Virus record (IMG/VR): IMGVR_UViG_3300017909_001287
Location: 1-24,609 of that record
Origin: a virus
Lineage: Duplodnaviria > Caudoviricetes
Direction: 5' to 3' (one strand)
Length of the DNA stretch: 24,609 nt
Position 1 is the first letter of the stretch. Every line of letters begins with the position of its first letter. Shown one piece after another: positions 18,076-24,609 of this stretch. A program made the translations under genes and the position numbers. Under the pieces are notes generated by a model, which saw only the letters and a list, made by a program, of their open reading frames with translations, did no database searches and had not been told where the DNA came from.

Positions 18076-19326
18076 ATGCCTAATCATTATGAGCAGGAAT
18101 TTCGGGACTTGGGCTTCGGCTCCATCATGGATTTCTTGCGTGACCCAACACCGATTGATCTTGAGGGGTCAACAACCGAACCTGGGTTCGTTGATTACGG
18201 TCAGGCACCGAGCGTTACGTTCCCGGCTGGAGGCGGCCCAGGGACTTTTACGCCTGGTGACTATGACCCTCCTCCCGGATTTTTCGAGGCAAACAACATT
18301 GCTCCCCCTGCACCGCCTCGCACGCTGACCTCAACGCAAACCAAGCGCACCTACGGTGGCGTTGTCCAGGTTATTGCGTACTACTCTGACGGCTCACAAG
18401 AAGTCATTGACTCGTACACAGATAGGTCTGCTGGGGAAGAAGCGGCATCCATATTCCGTAACGCCGGACTCGATCCCGCGTTTGTTGATCGTCTGATGGC
18501 AACGATTGACCAAGTGTACGCCACTAACATTGACCCTTCTGAGGGTCAGATCTTGAACGTGATTTACAACTCGGATGCGTACAAGCAGCGGTTCAAGGCA
18601 AACGAGGCTATCCGTCAACGTATTGCTGACGGTCAAGGGCGTCCTGGCGACCGCATGTTGTCGCCAAAAGAGTACATAGACCTGGAGAACACGTACCGAA
18701 CCGCCCTCCAGCAACGCTCGATGCCGGAAGGTTTCTACGACTCGCCGGATGATTTTACAAACCTGATTGCCAACAGCATCAGCGCAGCAGAGTTTTCTTC
18801 ACGTGTGGACACCGCTGCTTCTGCTCTGAATCAGGCAGACCCGTCCGTCGTGAGCAGTCTTCAGAATTTTTACAACTTGACCAAGAGTGATCTGGTTGCT
18901 TATCTGCTCGACCCAACTCGGGCAGAGCCAATCTTGAACGCTCGCGCTTCTCAGAGTCCGTTTGGCTTGAACAGCGCGGACGAGTTGCAGCGGATCTACT
19001 CCACCGCCGAGGTTGGTGGTATGGCTGGACGTCAGGGCCTAGGGGTCGGTCGGGAACTGGCTGAAGAGATTGTTGACTTGGGTAAAGCAGATCGTGCTGA
19101 TGAGGCGTTCCAGATGGCTGGAGCGGTAGAGCCGGATCTGCAAAGACTCGGGTCTCTTTACGGTGAGCCTTTAGATTTCAAGGATCTAGTGAAAGAAACT
19201 TTGAATTTGTCGGGCGGCGTTGAGTCTGGTCGTCGCCGTCGCAAGTTTGCCTCTCGTGAGCGTGCGGCATTCAGTGAGCAATCTGCGCTGGATAGTCGTT
19301 CATTGAGGCGTATGCAGGACGTCTAG
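18076..19326 (+). CDS. Putative internal virion protein
   Basis: 416 aa; Pro-rich N-terminus, helical body and basic C-terminus; directly precedes the scaffold region. Confidence 0.6.
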   Translation: MPNHYEQEFRDLGFGSIMDFLRDPTPIDLEGSTTEPGFVDYGQAPSVTFPAGGGPGTFTPGDYDPPPGFFEANNIAPPAPPRTLTSTQTKRTYGGVVQVIAYYSDGSQEVIDSYTDRSAGEEAASIFRNAGLDPAFVDRLMATIDQVYATNIDPSEGQILNVIYNSDAYKQRFKANEAIRQRIADGQGRPGDRMLSPKEYIDLENTYRTALQQRSMPEGFYDSPDDFTNLIANSISAAEFSSRVDTAASALNQADPSVVSSLQNFYNLTKSDLVAYLLDPTRAEPILNARASQSPFGLNSADELQRIYSTAEVGGMAGRQGLGVGRELAEEIVDLGKADRADEAFQMAGAVEPDLQRLGSLYGEPLDFKDLVKETLNLSGGVESGRRRRKFASRERAAFSEQSALDSRSLRRMQDV

Positions 19327-19333
19327 TTCTGTC

Positions 19334-19410
19334 GGGTGTGACAGGTCAGAGGTGACGAGCAACCAGAGGGTTGCCCACCTAACCCCGGTTCAATTCCGGG
19401 CACATCCACC
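19334..19410 (+). ncRNA. Mini tRNA-like RNA resembling the tmRNA tRNA-like domain only (Ala identity, no anticodon, no tag ORF)
   Basis: Acceptor GGGTGTG/CACATCC with G3-U70; discriminator A then CC; T-arm CCCGG-TTCAATT-CCGGG; stemless D-loop ACAGGTCAG; helix AGGTG/CACCT capped by GCAACC-agag-GGTTGC; 3-nt AAC connector. Confidence 0.8.
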
Positions 19411-19539
19411 CCTAGCCGGATCGGTCGGCCCCGGCGGGCGTACAAGTCCGACAGTCATTCTCAGCCATTCCTGGTGCCCCTTGCCAGGCGTGAGGGAGAG
19501 TGCGACCCGAGATGGGCCATACGAGAAAAGGGAGTTGAA
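19411..19539 (+). promoter_or_regulatory. Structured 5' leader of the scaffold-capsid genes (H-type pseudoknot plus long hairpin with anti-SD loop)
   Basis: Pairings GCCGG/CCGGC, GTCGG/CCGAC, CATTCTC/GAGAGTG and CCTGGTG/TGCCAGG. Apical CCCTT is complementary to AAGGG in the RBS. Confidence 0.6.
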
Positions 19540-19980
19540 ATGGCCGAATACGACGAGTTCGATTACGACGAAGATCAGGGAACTGATCTGGTCAAAGACC
19601 TGCGGAAGCAGGTGAAAGAACTCTCCGCTGCAGTAAAGGAGCGCGACGAGTACCTCAACGAGTTCTTAGCCGTAACCCGCGAGGAGGAGATCGGCGAAGC
19701 GTTGCAAGAAATGGGTGTCAACCCAAGGGTTGCTGCGTTTGTCCCCGATGAAGTCGAGGACATGGATGATCTCGAAGCGTGGATCGGTGAGTACGGGGAG
19801 GTGTTCGGCGTTGAGGCCACGGGCGACGAGGGCAAAGAAAAGCCTGAGTCCGTTCAAGCCGCCGAACTGATGTCAGCCGTAGAGGAAGGCGGCATCGACC
19901 CCACCGTGGGTCAAAGTCTGGAAGCAAAAATCCAGGCTGCCTCGACTCCAGAGGAGTTGCAGGCGATCCTGAAGGGCTGA
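19540..19980 (+). CDS. Capsid scaffolding protein
   Basis: 146 aa, very acidic, N-terminal coiled coil (LVKDLRKQVKEL), C-terminal helix-turn-helix-like AASTPEELQAIL; directly before the capsid gene; AAGGGAG RBS. Confidence 0.8.
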   Translation: MAEYDEFDYDEDQGTDLVKDLRKQVKELSAAVKERDEYLNEFLAVTREEEIGEALQEMGVNPRVAAFVPDEVEDMDDLEAWIGEYGEVFGVEATGDEGKEKPESVQAAELMSAVEEGGIDPTVGQSLEAKIQAASTPEELQAILKG

Positions 19981-20016
19981 CAGTCCTATCAACACTAGTA
20001 GAAAGGGTTAGCCAAA

Positions 20017-21183
20017 ATGGCTGACACGTCAACTAGTACGCTGACTAATCTAATTCAGACAGCGTACGACAAGTATGTGCAGTTCAATCTGCGCAGCGAG
20101 CCGATGTTCCGCAAGTTTGCGGACGTCCGCCCGGTTGACGTCACCAACCCCGGTGCCACTGTTGTGTTCCAACTCCACAACGACCTATCTCGGATTACAG
20201 ATCCTCTGACCGAGACTTCGGACGTTAGTGCTGTTGCTCTCAACAACACAAACCGGGTTCAGGTAACCGTCAACGAATACGGTAACGCCGTTACCACAAC
20301 TGAGCGTCTCGCACTTGAGTCGCTCTCTGCAATCGACCCCGCAGTGGCGGATCTGCTCAGTTACAACATGAGGGATTCGTTCGACGCACTGGTCTACAAG
20401 ACCCTCGTTGGTCTTGCGACTGGTCGTTTTGCGGGAACGGTCGCTGACGACGAAACCACCGTGAACGGTGTGGATAAGACCACAGCGTCCACGACCACTC
20501 TGCAGGCTGCGGATGTCCGCAAGGCTGTGGCTAAGTTGCGTGGCGCGAATGTGCAGCCTCGCGACGGTGGTTTCTACATCGGTATGTTGCACCCGGACAC
20601 CTCGTACGACCTTCGCACGGAGGCTGCGACTTCGGGAGCAAACGTCTGGCGTGAGCCGCACACCTACACCGAAGCCGGTGTGGGCAACATCTGGAACGGT
20701 GAGGTTGGTGTCTACGAAGGCGTCAAGTTCATCGAGTCTGCTCGCGTTGAGCAGGCGTCCGATGGCATCACGCGCACCATCAGCAACAAGGCTCTGACGA
20801 GCAACGTTGCGACCCTGACCACCTCTGCCGCTCACGGCTTTGAGGTTGGGGAGACCGTGACCGTCGCTGGTGTGGACGCAACCTTCAACGGTTCGTTCAC
20901 CGTCGCGTCGGTCCCGACGACGACCACGTTCACCTACGCAAAAACTGCGTCGAACGTGTCGTCCACGTCAGCGACAGGTACTGCTACCTCGCTCGATCAC
21001 AAGGTGATCGTCATGGGTAAGCAGGCCCTGCTGGAAGCGGTTTCGTACGAACCGAAGACAGTGATCTCGCCCATCACCGATAAGTTGATGCGCTTCCGCT
21101 CAGTCGGATACAAGGGATTGCTCGGCTGGAACGTTTACCGGCCCGAGGCTCGCTACGTTATCAACTGCACGTCCAGCATCTAG
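20017..21183 (+). CDS. Major capsid protein (HK97 fold, N4-gp56-like) with inserted beta-rich domain
   Basis: Motifs TVNEYGNAV, DVRKAVAKLRGANV, MLHPDTSYDLR, GEVGVYEGVKFIES, GKQALLEA and DKLMRFRSVGYK; follows the scaffold gene. Confidence 0.92.
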   Translation: MADTSTSTLTNLIQTAYDKYVQFNLRSEPMFRKFADVRPVDVTNPGATVVFQLHNDLSRITDPLTETSDVSAVALNNTNRVQVTVNEYGNAVTTTERLALESLSAIDPAVADLLSYNMRDSFDALVYKTLVGLATGRFAGTVADDETTVNGVDKTTASTTTLQAADVRKAVAKLRGANVQPRDGGFYIGMLHPDTSYDLRTEAATSGANVWREPHTYTEAGVGNIWNGEVGVYEGVKFIESARVEQASDGITRTISNKALTSNVATLTTSAAHGFEVGETVTVAGVDATFNGSFTVASVPTTTTFTYAKTASNVSSTSATGTATSLDHKVIVMGKQALLEAVSYEPKTVISPITDKLMRFRSVGYKGLLGWNVYRPEARYVINCTSSI

Positions 21184-21200
21184 TAAATCGCTAGATCGAA

Positions 21201-21235
21201 GTGGGAGGGGGCTGCCACGAGCGGCCCTCTCCCGC
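21201..21235 (+). terminator. 15-bp GC-rich hairpin after the capsid gene (terminator or mRNA stabiliser without U-tract)
   Basis: GTGGGAGGGGGCTGC-cacga-GCGGCCCTCTCCCGC, fully paired with three G-U pairs, which fixes the plus-strand orientation. Confidence 0.7.
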
Positions 21236-21250
21236 ACTAGAAGGAGAATT

Positions 21251-21409
21251 ATGTGCGCCTCATGTGGTTGCAAAGACGTAAATGACGTGATGATCCCGGG
21301 AAACAACGCCAAGAACGGCAACATCCCGAATCAGAAGGTTGAACACAGGACTGATATGTCCTACAAGTACAAGGCAGTTCCGATGGAAAAGGCCCCGAAC
21401 AAGAAGTAG
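21251..21409 (+). CDS. Small 52-aa protein with N-terminal MCASCGC motif
   Basis: Not in the ORF track. AAGGAG RBS; fills the gap to the next RBS. Confidence 0.8.
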   Translation: MCASCGCKDVNDVMIPGNNAKNGNIPNQKVEHRTDMSYKYKAVPMEKAPNKK

Positions 21410-21417
21410 GAGCATTC

Positions 21418-21807
21418 GTGTCTGCTTACACGGATAACGCTAAACGCGAGCGAATCAAGAAGCGGATCATGGCTGGCTCCGATGGGGGTCGTCCCGGTCA
21501 ATGGACTGCCCGTAAAGCGCAACGACTGGCCCAGGAGTACAAGAAGGCTGGCGGTGGGTACACAGGGCCGAAGACTAAGAAGCAAAGATCCTTGTCAAAG
21601 TGGACGAAGCAAAACTGGCGCACGTCTGACGGCTCTAAGTCGGAAGGCAAGAAGCGGTACCTGCCCGACAAGGCTTGGAAGAACCTGACCGCCGCTGAAA
21701 AGCGGGCGACCAATAGGGCCAAGGCCAAAGGTAATCGTGAGGGCAAGCAGTTCGTTGCTCAACCCAAGAAGATTGCGAAGAAGACCAAGAGGTACAGAAG
21801 TGGCTAA
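21418..21807 (+). CDS. Basic protein, DUF5872-like (GGRPGQWTARKAQRLAQEYKKAGGGY)
   Basis: AGGAG RBS with GTG start. The motif pattern, including SLSKWTKQNW and RYLPDKAW, is recalled as DUF5872. Confidence 0.75.
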   Translation: MSAYTDNAKRERIKKRIMAGSDGGRPGQWTARKAQRLAQEYKKAGGGYTGPKTKKQRSLSKWTKQNWRTSDGSKSEGKKRYLPDKAWKNLTAAEKRATNRAKAKGNREGKQFVAQPKKIAKKTKRYRSG

Positions 21808-22054
21808 GTTGTGGCGAGGCCCGACGCTTGAGATAAAGCGTGGCAGGCCGGATCCATTGTGGTGGACTTCAATCTTTGACGCAAAAACCGTTGTCAAGAA
21901 AGATGGCACCTGGCGGACAATAATGACGCCGCAGGGTGACTTTCTCGCGCAGTGTGACGTTGTGCTGCGTGGGGGTTTTGACATTGAAATCACTGACGAA
22001 CTGGCGACCGAACTGACGGCTGCCGGGTTCGCGGAATACATCTCGGAGTTGTGA
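21800..22054 (+). CDS. Small virion-associated hypothetical protein (MAKLWRGPT...)
   Basis: GAGG RBS with GTG at 21800 overlapping the previous stop; coupled to the next gene. Confidence 0.7.
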   Translation: MAKLWRGPTLEIKRGRPDPLWWTSIFDAKTVVKKDGTWRTIMTPQGDFLAQCDVVLRGGFDIEITDELATELTAAGFAEYISEL

Positions 22055-22293
22055 TGCCGTTACATCGTGTGCTGAAGCACCCGGAGTACGTCGAGGGTTG
22101 CTTTGGTTGCAAGGCTTCTACGCTGTCGTATCAAAACATGCACATCGCCATGGTGTCTCGCGCCCAAGAAAAAGAGTTGAACGCCTATCGCGATGCGCGT
22201 AAATACGGGATTCAACCTAAGACTACAAAATTGAAGGACATTGATGCAGCCGTCAAGGCTTCAGACACTCTCGGCAGGGCGGTAAAAGCGTGA
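22054..22293 (+). CDS. Small hypothetical protein with H..HPEYVEGCFGCK metal-binding motif
   Basis: TGATG coupling; GGAG RBS. Confidence 0.75.
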   Translation: MPLHRVLKHPEYVEGCFGCKASTLSYQNMHIAMVSRAQEKELNAYRDARKYGIQPKTTKLKDIDAAVKASDTLGRAVKA

Positions 22294-23183
22294 GCACATT
22301 TGCGGAAATCGTTGAGGACACTCTTGCAGAGGTGTCTTCGTACGTCAAAAACCAGGAAGCAATTACGGTGCTGACGCAGACTGCGACCGACTCGGACACG
22401 ACCCTGACCGTGGATGATGCGAACAGCCTGAGTCGCGGCATCGTGGAGATCGGTAACGAACTTGTTTACGTCAAGTCTGTGAATGCGACTGCTGGCACCG
22501 TCACGATTTTACCGGGCGGTCGAGGCTGGCGCGGAACAACTGCCGCCGCACATGGCCTCAACACGATTCTGCGAAACAATCCGACGTTTCCCCGCGACCA
22601 GATCCGTCGAGCAATCAACGACACTATTCGGGGAATCGACCTGCGTGCGCTTTCTTCTCACGAGTTTGAGTTCGATGGAACTACGTACGCTTACGCAATG
22701 CCCACAGATTTCCAGGATGTCACGGGCGTCGCCTGGAACTCACCTGATTCAACTGAGGTTTGGCCTCTTATCAAGAGGTATCGAGTTGATCGCAACTTCC
22801 GAGTAACGGGTGATACCTCGACGGTTCGCGCTGCTATCGTCTTGATGGAATACCCGACGCCTGGACGGAACATTCGCGTCCAGTACGCGAAGTACCCCAC
22901 CGCATTGTCTGCGGACACTGATGAATTTGCCACAACCACAGGGCTACCTGCCTCTGCCGAGGATGTTATTCGCTTGGGTGCCATGTGGCGTTTGGTCTCT
23001 ACTATTGACCCGGGCAAGGTTATTGCAGTGACCCCATCTGCCGATGTGGTGGATGCTCCGGTGCGCCCAGGTGATTCGACGTCCGTTGCTCGATACTTGT
23101 ACCAGTTGTTCAATGTTCGCCTGGCGGAAGAAAAAGCGAAGCAGCAAGACAACTACCTATCAATCATTCAATACGCGAGGTAA
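22290..23183 (+). CDS. Head-tail adaptor / tail tubular protein A-like
   Basis: 297 aa. Helix (IRRAINDTI), beta core (YAYAMPTDF), then LP...EDVIRLGAMWRL helix; position after the capsid gene. Confidence 0.6.
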   Translation: MSTFAEIVEDTLAEVSSYVKNQEAITVLTQTATDSDTTLTVDDANSLSRGIVEIGNELVYVKSVNATAGTVTILPGGRGWRGTTAAAHGLNTILRNNPTFPRDQIRRAINDTIRGIDLRALSSHEFEFDGTTYAYAMPTDFQDVTGVAWNSPDSTEVWPLIKRYRVDRNFRVTGDTSTVRAAIVLMEYPTPGRNIRVQYAKYPTALSADTDEFATTTGLPASAEDVIRLGAMWRLVSTIDPGKVIAVTPSADVVDAPVRPGDSTSVARYLYQLFNVRLAEEKAKQQDNYLSIIQYAR

Positions 23184-23186
23184 CGC

Positions 23187-24272
23187 ATGGGAACTCCTGT
23201 TCGGTATTATTCATCTACGGCGGTAACCACCACCCTTTCGTCGTCAATCGGTTCGTCGGATACAGCATTGACGGTGGCCTCGTCCAGCGGCTTCCCGTCC
23301 AGTTATCCCTACACCCTGATCCTAGAGAAAGACAGTGCCAATGAAGAAATTGTCACAGTCACGTCTCTTGTCGGAAGCAACTTTCAAATTACTCGTGGCG
23401 TGGACGGCACTTCGGCTCGTACGCACTCGGCTGGTACGGCGGTTGAGCACGGTGTCTCCGCTCTGGACTTCACGGATTTTCGCAGCCATCAGGCTGCCGC
23501 AGCCAATGTTCACGACATCGGTTCGTCGGCAAGCGTTGTTGGAACTGACACTTCGCAGACGCTGACCAACAAGACTCTGACAAGCCCGACGATCAACGCT
23601 GCGACTTTGAGTGGCACGCTGTCGGGTGGGGCAACCTTGTCGGGCCAGACAATCACAAGCGCCACTTTGGGTGGCGATCTGGCGGCAGGGTCAAACAAGA
23701 TCACGGGATTGGCTGATCCTGCCTCGGCGCAGGACGCAAGCACCAAGGCTTACGTTGACTCGGTTATTGCGACAGGCGCATCGAACGCTGCTGCTGCTGC
23801 TACGTCGGCTACTGCTGCTGCAACGTCTGCGACTGCTGCGGCTACGTCTGCTACGGGTGCAGCGTCTAGTGCGACAGCGGCAGCGTCAAGCGCAACGTCG
23901 GCAGCGGCATCGTATGACTCGTTTGATGATCGTTACCTTGGGGCCAAGTCGTCCGATCCAAGTGTTGACAACGATGGCGACGCTTTGGTTACCGGAGCCC
24001 TCGTGTTCAATACCACATCAAACGAGATGAAGGTGTGGAACGGATCTGCTTGGCAACTTGTTGACAGTTCTTCTGGTATCGCAGAGACGCTGATTGATGC
24101 TAAGGGTGACCTGATTGTTGGGTCTGCCGACAACACGGCTGCTCGTTTAGCGGTCGGTACTGACACGTTCGTGCTCACTGCTGACTCGACGCAGGCGACT
24201 GGCGTGAAATGGGCTGCGTCTACGGGTGGCGGGGCTGGCTTGCAAGATATCTTCTTTTTGATGGGAGCGTAA
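23187..24272 (+). CDS. Tail fibre-like structural protein
   Basis: S/T/A/G-rich. Motifs QTLTNKTLTSP, KITGLADPASAQDASTKAYVD, DRYLGAKSSDP..DNDGDAL and AKGDLIVG are typical of phage fibre shafts. Confidence 0.75.
   Translation: MGTPVRYYSSTAVTTTLSSSIGSSDTALTVASSSGFPSSYPYTLILEKDSANEEIVTVTSLVGSNFQITRGVDGTSARTHSAGTAVEHGVSALDFTDFRSHQAAAANVHDIGSSASVVGTDTSQTLTNKTLTSPTINAATLSGTLSGGATLSGQTITSATLGGDLAAGSNKITGLADPASAQDASTKAYVDSVIATGASNAAAAATSATAAATSATAAATSATGAASSATAAASSATSAAASYDSFDDRYLGAKSSDPSVDNDGDALVTGALVFNTTSNEMKVWNGSAWQLVDSSSGIAETLIDAKGDLIVGSADNTAARLAVGTDTFVLTADSTQATGVKWAASTGGGAGLQDIFFLMGA
23793..23912 (+). repeat. Degenerate 21-bp repeat x5.7 encoding AAATSAT-type heptads
   Basis: Read directly: AAATSAT AAATSAT AAATSAT GAASSAT AAASSAT SAAAS. 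Confidence 0.85.
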
Positions 24273-24276
24273 GACA

Positions 24277-24609
24277 ATGGCGACAGCCTACAAATATGCA
24301 CAAGTTCAGGGCACGGCCTCTACGGGAACATTTGCCACCCTGTACACGACCCCCGCTTCTACTGAGGCGGTCATCTCGTCCCTCGTGATCTGTAATCAGT
24401 CGTCGTCGGCTATCACGGTTCGCGTCGGCTTGGATACAGCGGCTGGCACGCCGGGTGCTGACGAGTTTCTCGTGTATGACGCGAGCGTTGCCGGTAATGA
24501 CACGGTGGCGTTGACGCTGGGTATCACGATGGATGCGTCTAAGTACCTGCGGGTGTCTAGTTCAGCGAACACGATTTCGTTCTCGGCGTTCCTTTCGGAG
24601 ATTTCATAA
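24277..24609 (+). CDS. Small beta-rich tail-associated structural protein
   Basis: 110 aa; GGAG RBS; LYTTP...VISSLVICN...SFSAFLSEIS pattern; stop codon at the window end. Confidence 0.7.
   Translation: MATAYKYAQVQGTASTGTFATLYTTPASTEAVISSLVICNQSSSAITVRVGLDTAAGTPGADEFLVYDASVAGNDTVALTLGITMDASKYLRVSSSANTISFSAFLSEIS

Noticed and set aside
19334-19410. Canonical tRNA gene
   Set aside because: No D-stem and no 7-nt anticodon loop (the loop is 4 nt, AGAG), so it cannot decode as a normal tRNA.
19381-19410. attP core copying the 3' end of a host tRNA/ssrA
   Set aside because: Both acceptor strands are present and complementary, it lies mid-morphogenesis operon, and no integrase is in the window.
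19411-19460. tRNA-associated HDV-like (theta) or pistol ribozyme
   Set aside because: The position fits, but there is no room for HDV P3/L3 between the P2 and P1 strands, and the pistol conserved linkers are not seen. Kept only as an unclassified pseudoknot.
19334-19540. Full-length or permuted two-piece tmRNA
   Set aside because: The strand order is unpermuted and closed by a short hairpin; no tag ORF with an Ala-Ala-type ending is evident.
19352-19615. 87-aa ORF and 22-aa N-terminal extension of the scaffold
   Set aside because: Both overlap structured RNA without an RBS; the scaffold RBS supports a start at 19540.
1-24609. CRISPR array, intron/intein, transposase, stop-codon recoding
   Set aside because: No regularly spaced repeats or such motifs seen. 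Genes are uninterrupted and end normally at TAG, TGA and TAA.

Overview
This is a segment of a tailed dsDNA phage genome, probably podovirus-like and infecting Actinobacteria (inferred from gene content and order). Left arm (1-~3250, minus strand): an early-type operon of small Cys-rich genes, a COOH-NH2 ligase (amidoligase) and a class II glutamine amidotransferase. A ~500-bp non-coding divergence region (3250-3762) holds a promoter, a palindrome, C/G tracts, A/T tracts and hairpins, and is a likely packaging or terminal region. Right arm (3763-24609, plus strand): terminase large subunit with an N-terminal HTH, portal, small basic proteins, several large putative internal virion (ejection) proteins, scaffold, major capsid protein with an inserted beta-rich domain, head-tail/tail-tube protein and tail proteins. 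The most striking element is non-coding, between the last internal-protein gene and the scaffold gene. It is a 77-nt RNA (19334-19410) that folds like the tRNA-like domain of tmRNA (G3-U70 alanine identity pair, stemless D-loop, T-arm, no anticodon, no tag ORF). Immediately downstream is a pseudoknotted leader whose loop is complementary to the scaffold RBS. All assignments come from motif reading and manual base-pairing; no searches or folding programs were run.
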